In this document: piece by piece, positions 18,415 through 28,915 of the stretch
Numbering within the stretch: the stretch's first letter is position 1
Layout: each line of letters begins with the position of its first letter
DNA from: Planctomycetota bacterium
GTDB taxonomy: Bacteria > Planctomycetota > UBA8108 > SXIK01
Assembly (NCBI GenBank): GCA_965223845.1
Contig: CBDCXR010000004.1
Coordinates: 7,680,001-7,744,000 of the forward strand
Direction of reading: 5' to 3'
DNA: 64,000 nt
Position numbers and translations under genes: made by a program
Notes under the pieces: model-generated
The model's input: only the letters and a program-made list of their open reading frames with translations
Databases searched by the model: none
What the model was told of the DNA's origin: nothing

Positions 18415-21158
18415 GGCTCGCCCTCGGCTCGTTCCGTGCGCAAGGACTCGACGAGCGCCTTCCATTCCCGTCGCTCTTCGAGTGTTTTTCGAATGCTGCG
18501 GAGAGCGTTCAGTGCGCGTGCGCGGAGGTCGACATCGGGGTCGTCGAGAAGCACGGTGAGAGGCTCGATTCCTTCCGGTGCCGCGAAGCGCTCGAGGCCG
18601 GCGATCCCGGCGAGTCGATCGACGCGTTTCTCACTGCGCGCCAGCTCGACGAAGATCGGGGCGACGTCGCTTCGGGTGAGCTTCTCGAGCTCCGCGAGCG
18701 GCTCTCCATGGACCCACTCGCTCGGGTCTGCAAGTCCGCGCCGGAGGAGGCGAAGGACGGTCTCCGTGTCCTTCTCATCGGCGAAGGGATAGTGCCGGTA
18801 CGCACCGACGCGGACATTGGTTTTGTCGCTCGTCAGCGCGGCTTCGAGGAGGCGAGCGCGAACCTCCGGTTCACGCTTATGAATCCAGCGCCAGAGATCG
18901 CGCGAGTAGTCGAGCCGTCCACCGACTCGACGAGTTCGACCGTCTGTCCGTCTGCGTTCGACCATGAGAAGACGCGAGGCGAGTGGATCGTCGCTCACGA
19001 ACATCTCCGCCCAGTCGAACCATTCGAAGCTACCGGTCGGATCGACCGAAACGGCTCGATCACGGATGTCCACGTCCATTTCTGCTGACTGGGCGATCGA
19101 CTGAGCGAAATCGGTGAGCTCGGCGCGCTCGAAGCTTCTCTGCGTGAGCGACCGCAGTGCTTCGGCTCGAGCGGCGGGCGTGCGCAGTGAACTGCAACGG
19201 GCGAGAAGTTCATCTCGGTGAGAGTCGAAGTCCTGACTGGGGATTCCCCTCAAGTAGTAGCGATGGACTGCGTCGAGGCCCGGAGTGTCGAGCTCCTTGA
19301 GAATCTCACCGTAGAGGCCGCGCGGGAGCGGCTTAGAGGGGCGTCGCAGCCTACCGGCCCGGTCTTGCGGCCCGATCACCTGGTCGAGGTGGACCTTGAG
19401 AAGATGGACGAGTCGCGGCGCGACGAGACCGGGCTGCCGGTCGTAGTGGTCCGCGAGGAAGGTGAGCGCTCGTTCCCGAAACGGTGCATCGGCCGATGCC
19501 GACGCGACCGAGGCGAGACGTTCGAGAAACGACCCGTGAAGGTTCTCGGTTTTCCAGAGAAGGTGGAGCACGGTGCGAACGGCGTTTTCGTCTCCGCTCG
19601 CGAGAACGGGAGTGAGAGCGGTGACGAGCTCGGTCGGAACCACCTCGGGTTGGAACGAGGATCCGAGCACATTGTTACGCGACTGTAAGGCTTTCGCGAG
19701 ACTCGGATGCTCCGTCCGATAGTTCATGAGAAATTCGCCGAAGGCGGAGGCGAAACGCGCGTCCACGATGGCGGCTGCGCCGAGCAGCTCATGCCCGTAG
19801 CGAAACTTCGGCACTGCTCGTTGCTTCTGGTCGAAAAACCCGCACTGGGCGAGCACCGATGACCAAGCCGCAGGTGCATCCGCAACCTTGCCGGTCGCAA
19901 CGTAGGTGTCGTGGAAGTAGTTGGCGACCGCGTTGCCCGCGCCACGTTCGGCCCGGTCGGCGAGGATTTCGAACGCCCCGCCCCGCTCGAGATTCGCGAG
20001 GAGCGTCTTCACGCTGCCATAGCTGAGTCGACTCGTACCCGAAGTTTTGGATCGGGCGATCGTTTCGTCGAGAATCGCCGTCCACTGAGCGACCCCTAGC
20101 GCCTCCGGCGCCACCGCCTCGAGAACCGATATCAGCGTTCGGGAGTTCCGGCAGTCGTCGGCGAGGATGCGTTCCGCGACGATCCCTGCGAGCTCCGGAT
20201 GCCGGCGGAGAAACGCGCGCAGTCGTTCAAACATGGAAAAGGATTCGAGACTCGGCAGGATCGCTCGGAAATCATCGACGGCATCGATTTGGAGTGCGAC
20301 GAGACTGCGCCACTCGGCGGTGCCCGGCGTGATGGGGAGGGCGTCGACGCGGCTACCGATCTCTTTGCGCTCCTCGGGCGAGAACTTCGCGGCTCGATCG
20401 AGATAACCGGTCAAGTGGTCGAAGAGGAGGCGATCGGTCGCTGCGACCTGCGCCGCCGACGGGATCGGATCTTTCTCTCCAAGAAGCACGGACCAATTCT
20501 CATGCCGTCCGAGTTCGATGAGAACGAGCGCGAGGTGCCAGCGCTGAGTGCGGTCGCGAGACGTCGACAGAACGCGAGAGAGTACCGGGACTCCGATCGC
20601 GCCGAGCGCCTTGAGCTGGCGCCGCGCGCGCCGGCCCTCGTCGGTCTCCGGGCTGACGAGATCCATGGCGAGATCGAAGACGCGAGCCTGAATGAGCTCG
20701 CTTCGTCCGAGCTCCCCCAGCCAGTCGAACTCCGGGTTCTCGGTCGTCCCGCGCTCGAGCTCGCGGAGGAAAACACGCGCCTCCTGGATGACGCGGCGTT
20801 CTTCCGGGTGCGCGGCCACGACGCGCTCCAGGATCTTTCGCGCCTCCTCGATCTCGCCGGTCTTCCGGCGGCAGCGCGCGAGATAGAGAAGCGCACGCGC
20901 CCGGATCGACTCAGTCGCCGCCTCGGACTCGGCCAAGACGGTGTAGATCTTCACCGCGCGATCGAGATCGCCCGATGCGACTTCGAGAAGCTCGGCCTCG
21001 AGCAGCCGATCCTCGAGATCGTCGCCGGCCTTTGCGGCCGAAGACAACCGGCTCCCCGTGGGCGAAGTGGCGGCCGTATCCGACTGGCTGAGTAGAATCG
21101 ACGGTGAGCTACCGACGATCGCCAGCGCGATCCCGATCGTGAGCACGTTTCGGCGCAT
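18411..21158 (-). CDS. Exported TPR/HEAT-repeat protein
   Basis: Signal peptide, N-terminal TPR pair and C-terminal HEAT-like repeats (LTVLLDDPDVDLRARALNAL). Confidence 0.75.
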   Translation of the reverse strand: MRRNVLTIGIALAIVGSSPSILLSQSDTAATSPTGSRLSSAAKAGDDLEDRLLEAELLEVASGDLDRAVKIYTVLAESEAATESIRARALLYLARCRRKTGEIEEARKILERVVAAHPEERRVIQEARVFLRELERGTTENPEFDWLGELGRSELIQARVFDLAMDLVSPETDEGRRARRQLKALGAIGVPVLSRVLSTSRDRTQRWHLALVLIELGRHENWSVLLGEKDPIPSAAQVAATDRLLFDHLTGYLDRAAKFSPEERKEIGSRVDALPITPGTAEWRSLVALQIDAVDDFRAILPSLESFSMFERLRAFLRRHPELAGIVAERILADDCRNSRTLISVLEAVAPEALGVAQWTAILDETIARSKTSGTSRLSYGSVKTLLANLERGGAFEILADRAERGAGNAVANYFHDTYVATGKVADAPAAWSSVLAQCGFFDQKQRAVPKFRYGHELLGAAAIVDARFASAFGEFLMNYRTEHPSLAKALQSRNNVLGSSFQPEVVPTELVTALTPVLASGDENAVRTVLHLLWKTENLHGSFLERLASVASASADAPFRERALTFLADHYDRQPGLVAPRLVHLLKVHLDQVIGPQDRAGRLRRPSKPLPRGLYGEILKELDTPGLDAVHRYYLRGIPSQDFDSHRDELLARCSSLRTPAARAEALRSLTQRSFERAELTDFAQSIAQSAEMDVDIRDRAVSVDPTGSFEWFDWAEMFVSDDPLASRLLMVERRRTDGRTRRVGGRLDYSRDLWRWIHKREPEVRARLLEAALTSDKTNVRVGAYRHYPFADEKDTETVLRLLRRGLADPSEWVHGEPLAELEKLTRSDVAPIFVELARSEKRVDRLAGIAGLERFAAPEGIEPLTVLLDDPDVDLRARALNALRSIRKTLEERREWKALVESLRTERAEGEP

Positions 21159-21367
21159 GAGTCTGCCTCCCGCTCTGCTGATGGTACGTCGTTCGGCGCG
21201 GGACGAGAACTCTCTCGTCTCCGGTCCTCAGCGTAGCGAGCGAGTATTAGACGGCTGTTAGATCGAGCGCGAGCGGGGTCGAGTCCGCCCGCAGCGCGAA
21301 CGAGATCGGGACCGTCGCTTGATCGTACGTCGCTTTTCCAGCGCGATGGCGGCCGAATCGGCCGGCG

Positions 21368-22144
21368 TCAGACGCCGACGATGTTGTACCCGCAGTCGAC
21401 GTAGATCGTTTCGCCCGTGATCCCGCTCGAGAGCGGGCTGAGCAGGAACGCCGTCGCGTTCGCCACTTCGTCGACCTCGACGTTCCGCCGGAGGGGAGAG
21501 ACCGACGCGACGTGATCGAGGATATCGGTGAAGCCGGAGATCCCGCGTGCGGCGAGTGTGTTGATGGGGCCCGCGGAGATCGCATTCACGCGGATCTGCT
21601 TCTCACCGAGGTCGGCCGCGAGATAGCGAACAGACGCCTCGAGCGCGGCTTTCGCGACGCCCATGACGTTGTAATTTCGAACCGCTCGCGCGGCGCCCAG
21701 GTAGGTCATCGCGACGATGCTCCCGCCTTCCGACATGAGAGGAGCGGCCATGCGCGCAATGGCGGTGAGGGAATAGCTGCTCACGTCCTGGGCGAGGTGG
21801 TAGCCCTTGCGCGACGTGTTCACGAACGTCCCCTCGAGGTCGTTTCGGTCGGCGAACGCAACGGAGTGGACGACGAAGTCGAGTCGACCGAAGTCGGCAG
21901 CGAGCCGCTCGCCGAGTGCGGCGATGTCATCGTCATCGGTCACGTCGCAGGGATAGAGGGGCGTCGATCCGGGGAGCGTTTCGGCGAGACTTTCGACCTT
22001 CCCCTTCAGCTTATCGCCCAGGTAAGTGAGCGCGAGCTCGGCGCCGGCGTGCGCCGCCGCCTGCGTGATCGCCCACGCGATGCTGCGCTTGTTCGCGACT
22101 CCGAGGATGAGGCCCTTCTTCTCCGCCAGCATGTTCGTGGTCAT
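21368..22144 (-). CDS. fabI: Enoyl-ACP reductase FabI
   Basis: GVANKRSIAW, YNVMGVAKAALEASVRYLA, NAISAGPI. Confidence 0.97.
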   Translation of the reverse strand: MTTNMLAEKKGLILGVANKRSIAWAITQAAAHAGAELALTYLGDKLKGKVESLAETLPGSTPLYPCDVTDDDDIAALGERLAADFGRLDFVVHSVAFADRNDLEGTFVNTSRKGYHLAQDVSSYSLTAIARMAAPLMSEGGSIVAMTYLGAARAVRNYNVMGVAKAALEASVRYLAADLGEKQIRVNAISAGPINTLAARGISGFTDILDHVASVSPLRRNVEVDEVANATAFLLSPLSSGITGETIYVDCGYNIVGV

Positions 22145-22498
22145 CCCGATTCGTCCTGCCGCTTCTCGCGCCTTCGCCAGTGCCGCGGAGCCGCGCTACG
22201 CCGTTCTCTCTCGCGTGCTCCGGAACGCGGGCGAATTGTACCCGAACAGCTGGGAGCGGTCGACGTCACCGAGCCGTCCGGCCCGGCGCGGTCGCCGTAC
22301 GGCGTGCGATCTCCGACGCCGGGGAATTCGCTTTACCGCGCTTGGGGCCCTCGTTATAAGGGGCGGTTTCCCCCGAGGACGAGACGACTCGCGCCCACGC
22401 GGCCGATCGATCTCTCGAGGCGGGTGCGGCCACCCGCGGTTTCGAAGGTTTACCGTCCTCGGGCGCTCGCTCGGAATTCGGCGACGGAGCCGACCAAC

Positions 22499-22567
22499 AT
22501 GCATCCGACCGACCACTCGTTCCATCGTGGAAGACCCCGCCGGGGACGCGGCGGCCGCCGTCGCTAG
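22499..22567 (+). promoter_or_regulatory. Putative Arg-rich leader peptide MHPTDHSFHRGRPRRGRGGRRR
   Basis: 22-codon ORF with GGAG 9 nt before the ATG; 8 Arg among the last 13 codons; lies 328 nt upstream of argB. Confidence 0.5.
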
Positions 22568-22895
22568 GCCCCGGCTAACGACGTTTTCGAACGAGATGGT
22601 CCACTCGGACGCCGTCCGATTCTCCCCTGGCCGGCACTCTCGCTTTCTGACGGGCGAAGAAGGTCGCGGACCGGGAGGGAAGGACCAGCGAGGCGCAGCG
22701 GGTGATTCGCTGCGCGACCTCTCGCGACAAGCGAGAAGTAGAATCGCGGCCCGAGCCGCGCGACGTGACGTCCCCGTTCGTGGATCGTTCCGACCGCGAA
22801 GAGACGCACATCGGCGCCGGTGAGAGCCGCGACGCTCGAGGAAACGATCCGCCGATCGGTGACATCGGTGGGGCGGATCGCAAGCGAGGACGACG

Positions 22896-23891
22896 ATGAC
22901 CCCCGACGCTGATCTCAGTCTTCTCAAGCAGGCGCTTCCCTACATCAAGGAGTACCGCAACAAGACCTTCGTGATCAAATTCGGCGGCGAGGTCGTGTCC
23001 GATCCCGATCGACTCGACGCGCTCGCCGAGCAGATCGCGCTCCTCCACGAGCTCAACGTCCGTCTCGTGATCATTCATGGCGGCGGGCCTCAACTTTCGA
23101 ACTACGCCGAACGTCTCGGGATCGAGGCGAAGAAAGTAGGGGGGCGACGCGTCACCGACGACGGTCTTCTCGAGGTGGCGAAGATGGTCTTCGCCGGCGG
23201 GATCTCGACCGACATCCTCGCGGCGCTCCGGCGGCACGACACACCGGGGGTGGGCCTCTCGGGAGTCGACGGCGACCTCGTTCAGGCCGTGCGTCGACCT
23301 CCGCGACGAGTCTACGACGACACCGCGGGCGAGGAGCGCGAGGTCGACTTTCAGAACGTCGGCGACATCCAGTCCGTGCGTCCGGAAGTCCTGAGCGTTC
23401 TTCTCGAAAAGAGATTCGTCCCCGTCGTTGCCTCCCTCGGCTGCAGCGACGACGGGCGCGTGCTCAACATCAACGCGGACACGATCGCGGCGGAGATCGC
23501 TTCCGCCCTGGACGCCGAAAAACTCTTTCTCTTCTCGAACGTGAACGGAGTTCTCCGCGATGTTGCGGATCCGTCGAGTCGGCACTCGTATCTCCTCGTC
23601 GACACGGTTCGACGAATGCTCGAAACGCGCGAGATCTCCGGCGGGATGGGCCCGAAGCTCACTGCGGCGATCGCGGCCGTCGAGGGCGGAGTTCGCCGGG
23701 CGCACATCATCAACGGGCTCGTCGAGAACGCGCTTCTCCTCGAAGTGTTTACGGTCGAGGGCGCGGGAACCATGATCCTCGATGAGGAAGAGGCCGCGAT
23801 GTACGCGGCGCGCCGGAAGGGAGTTCTCAGCCGCGGGGAAGCCTCACGAGAAGAGGCGCCCCCGAAGGTCGCAAAAAAAGGCGAAGAGTAG
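22896..23891 (+). CDS. argB: Acylglutamate (acetylglutamate) kinase
   Basis: QALPYI, VIKFGG, IHGGGPQ, LNINADTIA, GGMGPKL. Confidence 0.95.
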   Translation: MTPDADLSLLKQALPYIKEYRNKTFVIKFGGEVVSDPDRLDALAEQIALLHELNVRLVIIHGGGPQLSNYAERLGIEAKKVGGRRVTDDGLLEVAKMVFAGGISTDILAALRRHDTPGVGLSGVDGDLVQAVRRPPRRVYDDTAGEEREVDFQNVGDIQSVRPEVLSVLLEKRFVPVVASLGCSDDGRVLNINADTIAAEIASALDAEKLFLFSNVNGVLRDVADPSSRHSYLLVDTVRRMLETREISGGMGPKLTAAIAAVEGGVRRAHIINGLVENALLLEVFTVEGAGTMILDEEEAAMYAARRKGVLSRGEASREEAPPKVAKKGEE

Positions 23892-23960
23892 AAGCAAAGG
23901 AAAACCTAGAGACCGGGAGACACCGAGTTCGGGTCCGGGATGACCTGGCGGGAGAGAACT

Positions 23961-25346
23961 ATGCGGAGTGATCGGTTCGGGGCGGAGCTGAACGAAGCGA
24001 TGGCGCGACTCAACGCGTCGATCGGATTCGACCATCGCCTCTACAACGAGGACATCGATGGTAGTCTCGCGTGGGCGGACGCCCTCCTCGATCGCGATCT
24101 GATCGACGGTGAGGAGCACCGCCGCATCTGCGACGGACTCGAGAAGGTCCGCGGCGAGATCGACGCGGGCAGCTTCGAGTTTTCGGTCGAGCACGAGGAC
24201 ATCCACATGAACGTGGAGTCCCGTTTGACGGCGCTCACCGGAGACGCGGGAGCAAAGCTCCACACCGGACGAAGCCGGAACGACCAAGTCGCGACGGATC
24301 TGAGGCTCTACTTGAAGCGTTCGGCGGTGACTGCGGCGCGCGCGCTCGCCGAGCTCGCCACGGAGCTCTCGGCGCTCGCGGAGCGGGAGATCGACGTCGT
24401 GATTCCGGCGTATACGCATCTTCAACGCGCTCAACCCGTCCTCTTTGCGCATCACGTTCTCGCGTACGCCGAGATGCTCATTCGCGATCGCGATCGCTTT
24501 CTCTGGGCGGCGAATCAAGCCGATTCCCTGCCTCTCGGGTCGGGAGCGTGCGCGGGGAATCAATTCGGCATCGACCGCGAGCTCCTCTCGGCCCGCCTCG
24601 GGTTTGCCCGGCTCACCCACAACTCCATGGACGCGGTGAGCGATCGCGATTTTGTCTGCGATTTTCTCCATGCGGCGTCGCTGCTCCTCGTCCATCTCTC
24701 GCGCTTCAGCGAGGACCTCATTCTCTGGTCGAGTGCGGAGTTCGGATTCGTCGTTCTCGACGACGCGGTGACGACCGGAAGCTCCATGCTGCCGCAGAAG
24801 AAGAATCCCGATGCGTGCGAGCTCGCCCGCGGAAAGTGCGGTCGCGTGTTCGGACATCTCGTTGGACTCCTGACGACGCTGAAGGGCTTGCCGCTCACGT
24901 ACAACAAGGACCTCCAGGAAGACAAAGAGGGAGTGTTCGACGCGATCGACACGATCGAGCTCCTTCTCCCCGTGTTTCGAGCGACGGTCGCGACGCTCGC
25001 GGTCCGCCGCGAGAACATCGCGGGGTCATTGAGTGGGGGGTTCCTCGATGCGATGGGGCTCGCCGACTACCTGACTCGGCGCGGCGTTCCGTTTCGCGAT
25101 GCCCACGGTGTCGTTGGGGCCGTCGTACGTCGAGCCGAAGCGGAAGGGAAGGAACTCTCCCAGCTCTCCCTCGAAGAGCTGAAGGAGATCCATCCCACCT
25201 TCGAGAGCGACGTCTTCGAGGCTCTCCGCCTCGAGAACCTCGTCGCAGACAAAGATGTCGTCGGGGGCACGGCCCCGGCGCGAGTGAGGCAGGAGATCGA
25301 GCGGGTGCGTTTGCTCGCCGGGGCGACCCCGCCGGACGAGGAGTGA
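23961..25346 (+). CDS. argH: Argininosuccinate lyase
   Basis: KLHTGRSRNDQ, YTHLQRAQP, TGSSMLPQKKNPD, YNKDLQEDKE. Confidence 0.97.
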   Translation: MRSDRFGAELNEAMARLNASIGFDHRLYNEDIDGSLAWADALLDRDLIDGEEHRRICDGLEKVRGEIDAGSFEFSVEHEDIHMNVESRLTALTGDAGAKLHTGRSRNDQVATDLRLYLKRSAVTAARALAELATELSALAEREIDVVIPAYTHLQRAQPVLFAHHVLAYAEMLIRDRDRFLWAANQADSLPLGSGACAGNQFGIDRELLSARLGFARLTHNSMDAVSDRDFVCDFLHAASLLLVHLSRFSEDLILWSSAEFGFVVLDDAVTTGSSMLPQKKNPDACELARGKCGRVFGHLVGLLTTLKGLPLTYNKDLQEDKEGVFDAIDTIELLLPVFRATVATLAVRRENIAGSLSGGFLDAMGLADYLTRRGVPFRDAHGVVGAVVRRAEAEGKELSQLSLEELKEIHPTFESDVFEALRLENLVADKDVVGGTAPARVRQEIERVRLLAGATPPDEE

Positions 25347-25460
25347 CGGCCGTTCGGACGGCACGAACCGCGGCGAAGATCAACGAGTCCGCCGAAAGGC
25401 GGAGCGCAGGCGCGCACGGAGCACGGATTCGTGCGCGAAATGGAATCGTAGGAGCGAGAC

Positions 25461-26675
25461 GTGGCCGAGAAGAAGAAAGTCCTCCTGGCGTACTCGGGCG
25501 GACTCGATACGACGTACTGCATCATCTATCTGAAAGAGAAGGGCTACGACGTCCTGACGGTGACCGTCGACACGGGCGGCTTCACGGCGGAGGAGCTGCG
25601 CGGAATCGAAGAGCGCGCCGCCGCGCTCGGAGTCCTTAAGCACGAGACCATCGATGGGCGACAGCGCGTTTTCGACGACTACGTCAGCTACCTCATCAAA
25701 GGGAACGTGCTCCGCGGTTCCGTCTACCCGCTCGCTGTCGCGGCGGAGCGAGTCGTCCAGGCCGAGATCGTCGCCGAGATCGCTCGAGCTGAGGGCGCCG
25801 ATGCGATCGCGCACGGATCGACCGGAGCGGGAAACGATCAGGTCCGCTTCGACATCGCGTTTTCCGTGCTCGTGCCGAACCTTCCGGTCATCACTCCGGT
25901 GCGCGATGAGACGCTGAGTCGGGATGAGGAGTTCGACGCGCTCGAGCGCCACGGCATCGACATTCCGAAGACGCTGCGAACGTATTCGATCAACAGTGGT
26001 CTCTGGGGAGCTACGATCGGCGGAGGGGAGACGCATGATCCGTGGCAGGAGGTGCCGGACGCCGTCTTCGAGGAAGCGATCGACGCGCCTCGAGCAACCG
26101 CGACGGAGTACGTCGAGATCGAATTCGAGCACGGGGTGCCGGTCGGCCTGGACGGTCGTACGGTGCCGGCGGTCGACGTGATCGCTGCGCTCGGCGAACG
26201 ATGCCGGAGCCACCGCGCCGGGCTCGGAATCCACATCGGCGACACCGTTCTCGGCATCAAGGGACGCATCGCGTTCGAGGCCGGCGCGGCGCTCGTCCTG
26301 ATCACGGCGCACCGGGAGCTCGAGAAGATCACCACGACTGCATGGCAGCGCTTTTGGAAGGATCATTCGGCGGAGTTCTACGGGAAGATGCTTCACGAAG
26401 GGAACGCTTTCGATCCCGTTCTTCGCGATATCGAGGCGCTGATCGACAGCTCGCAGGAGCGGGTGAGCGGAACGGCGCGAATCCGGTTCGATGCCGGCCA
26501 GTTTCGTGTCGTGGGGGTGAAGAGCCCTCACGACATGATGCGGCAGGAGTCCGGAGTCTACGGCGAGAAGCCCACTCTGTGGACGGGCGCCGACGTGAGC
26601 GGCTTCAGTACCGTGACCGCGGTCTCTTCGCGGCTTCATCGCCAGGCGGGTGCGAGGGACGAAGGCGGCTCGTAA
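25461..26675 (+). CDS. argG: Argininosuccinate synthase
   Basis: LAYSGGLDT, HGSTGAGNDQVRF, GIKGRIAFEA. Confidence 0.97.
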   Translation: MAEKKKVLLAYSGGLDTTYCIIYLKEKGYDVLTVTVDTGGFTAEELRGIEERAAALGVLKHETIDGRQRVFDDYVSYLIKGNVLRGSVYPLAVAAERVVQAEIVAEIARAEGADAIAHGSTGAGNDQVRFDIAFSVLVPNLPVITPVRDETLSRDEEFDALERHGIDIPKTLRTYSINSGLWGATIGGGETHDPWQEVPDAVFEEAIDAPRATATEYVEIEFEHGVPVGLDGRTVPAVDVIAALGERCRSHRAGLGIHIGDTVLGIKGRIAFEAGAALVLITAHRELEKITTTAWQRFWKDHSAEFYGKMLHEGNAFDPVLRDIEALIDSSQERVSGTARIRFDAGQFRVVGVKSPHDMMRQESGVYGEKPTLWTGADVSGFSTVTAVSSRLHRQAGARDEGGS

Positions 26676-27733
26676 TGGACCTACGCGTGCACAAGATCGC
26701 CTCGGTCGTTCACCGCCTCGGCTTCGAAAAGACCGTCGAAGTGACGGAATCGCTCGAGGTCGCAGCGGGGAATGCCGTCGTTGTCCGCGCGCTCCGTGAG
26801 AAGCGAGTGTACAGCGACCTCGAGCTCGACAGCGGACGCATGGCAAAGATCTACCGCGGCGACGTGTTCATCGGTGCACTCGGATGCCGGCGTGCTCTGC
26901 GAGGGTTTTGCGGCGATCTTCCCACGCGTCTCCGCGTCGGCGACACGCTTCAGCTCCTCAACCGCGGTGGCGTCGTCGGTCGAAGCGCGACCGAGCACAT
27001 GGACATCGGCTCCCCCGTGACCTGCGAGGTTCTGGGCATGCCGATTCGCGGCGGTCGCATCGCGAACGTCGCGGATTCTCGACTGCCGTCGACACCCGAA
27101 CGCCGTGACGTCGAGCTTCCGCCCGTCCTCGTCGTCACCGGGACGTGCATGGATTCGGGGAAGACACTTTTCTTGTCCGAGCTGATTCAGGAGCTGACGC
27201 GCGACGGTCTCGCGATCGCGGGCGGAAAGCTCACCGGAATCGCGTGCCAGCGAGATCTGCTCGCGATGGAAGACCACGGCGCGATGGCGACGGCGTCGTT
27301 TCTCGACGTCGGGCACACATCGACGGTGGATCTTTCGCCGGCGCGTCTCGTCGAGGCCGCGCGCGACATCGTGAGCTATCTCGCGAGCTTCGGCCCGGAT
27401 CTGATCGCCCTCGAGCTCGGGGACGGACTGCTCGGTGACTACGGCGGCCTCGAGCTCCTCCGGCACGAAGAGTTCCGCGATTGGGTCCGCATGCACGTTT
27501 TCTGCGCTTCGGATCCCGTCGGTGCGTGGGGCGGGAAGCGACTCCTCGCGGAGAGCGGAATCGAGATCGACCTCTTCTCCGGACCCTGTACCGACAACGA
27601 AGTGGGCAAGGAATCCCTCGAGCGGGAGTGGGGAATCCCCGCGATCAACGCCCACCGTCAGCCGGCGGAAGTCGCGCAGGTTGTTCGCCGCCATCTCGAA
27701 GCGGGCGGGAACGCGGATCCGGGCATCCAGTAA
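26675..27733 (+). CDS. DUF1611/DgcN-like P-loop protein; candidate N-acylglutamate synthase
   Basis: TAATG coupling to argG; GTCMDSGKT P-loop, GKLTG, ELGDGLLGDY. Family from recalled motifs, function inferred from context. Confidence 0.7.
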   Translation: MDLRVHKIASVVHRLGFEKTVEVTESLEVAAGNAVVVRALREKRVYSDLELDSGRMAKIYRGDVFIGALGCRRALRGFCGDLPTRLRVGDTLQLLNRGGVVGRSATEHMDIGSPVTCEVLGMPIRGGRIANVADSRLPSTPERRDVELPPVLVVTGTCMDSGKTLFLSELIQELTRDGLAIAGGKLTGIACQRDLLAMEDHGAMATASFLDVGHTSTVDLSPARLVEAARDIVSYLASFGPDLIALELGDGLLGDYGGLELLRHEEFRDWVRMHVFCASDPVGAWGGKRLLAESGIEIDLFSGPCTDNEVGKESLEREWGIPAINAHRQPAEVAQVVRRHLEAGGNADPGIQ

Positions 27734-27794
27734 GAGGCTTTCCACTAGCGCGTACGGTGCGACGGGACGAGCATTCACGAAGGACGAAGGCGAC

Positions 27795-28847
27795 ATGGCG
27801 AGCGAAGGCGGGGCGAGGAAATCGATCAAGGTCGGGGTTGCGGGCGCGTCCGGATACATCGGAGCGGAGCTCCTTCGCTATCTGGTGGGGCACCCGCAGG
27901 TGTCGATCGACTGGGCGACGGCCAACACGCACGCAGGGAAGTCCGTGGCCGACGTGCTGCCGAATCTTGTCGGGGTGCTCGATCTCGAACTCGAGACGCT
28001 CGAGGACGTCGAGTCTCGCGTGCCGGAGACGGATGTCGTGTTTACCGCGCTTCCGCACAATCACTCGCAGGATGTCATTCCACGGCTCGCGGCAGCGGCA
28101 CCGAATACGGTGTTCATCGATATGGGCGGAGACTTTCGCAGTCCCGACCCCGAGCGTTACCGATCGTTCTACGGTCGCGATCACGCGGCGCCCGATTGGC
28201 TCGAGCGTTTCGTCTACGGAGTGACCGAACATCGGCGCGACGCCCTCCGCCGGACGAAGCTCGTCGCGAATCCGGGCTGTTTTGCCACGGCGATGGGACT
28301 CGCGCTCGCGCCGCTCGCGCGGGGCGGGCGACTTCCCGCCGACGTTTACGTCGCTGCCATCACCGGGTCGTCCGGTGCGGGGAACAAGCCGCTCCAGACG
28401 ACGCATCACCCGGAGCGCGCCGCAAACGTCCGCGCGTACAAGCCACTCGTGCACCAGCATCTTCTGGAGGTCGAGTCGTTTCTCGCGACGTTCGGCGAGC
28501 GCGAGTTTCGTCTTCACTTCGTGCCGCAAGGCGGTCCCTACGTCCGCGGGATCTTCGCCACGATCTTCACTCCCGGACTGAATCGCGACGAGCTCGAAAG
28601 GATCTACTCCGACGCCTATGCCGACGAGTCGTTCGTCTCCGTGGTGAGCGGTTCCCCCGAGGTTCGGTGGATCCAGGGTTCGCCCCGAGCGTTTCTCGGC
28701 GTCGCCGGCGACGCCGGGCGCGGTGTAGTTTTCGCGGTACTCGACAACCTCGGAAAGGGGGCGGCCGGGCAGGCGATTCAGAACATGAATTGTATTTTCG
28801 GTTTGCCGGAGACCACGGGCTTGGTGGTTCCCGCGGGTTGGGTTTAG
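27795..28847 (+). CDS. argC: N-acyl-gamma-glutamyl-phosphate reductase
   Basis: GASGYIGAELLR, ANPGCFAT, DNLGKGAAGQAIQNMN. Confidence 0.96.
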   Translation: MASEGGARKSIKVGVAGASGYIGAELLRYLVGHPQVSIDWATANTHAGKSVADVLPNLVGVLDLELETLEDVESRVPETDVVFTALPHNHSQDVIPRLAAAAPNTVFIDMGGDFRSPDPERYRSFYGRDHAAPDWLERFVYGVTEHRRDALRRTKLVANPGCFATAMGLALAPLARGGRLPADVYVAAITGSSGAGNKPLQTTHHPERAANVRAYKPLVHQHLLEVESFLATFGEREFRLHFVPQGGPYVRGIFATIFTPGLNRDELERIYSDAYADESFVSVVSGSPEVRWIQGSPRAFLGVAGDAGRGVVFAVLDNLGKGAAGQAIQNMNCIFGLPETTGLVVPAGWV

Positions 28848-28915
28848 GTGATGGGGCGGCGACGGGGGAGCGGAAGTTCGTCGGGAATGTGGAACGTGGA
28901 ACGGGTGTGAGCGAT

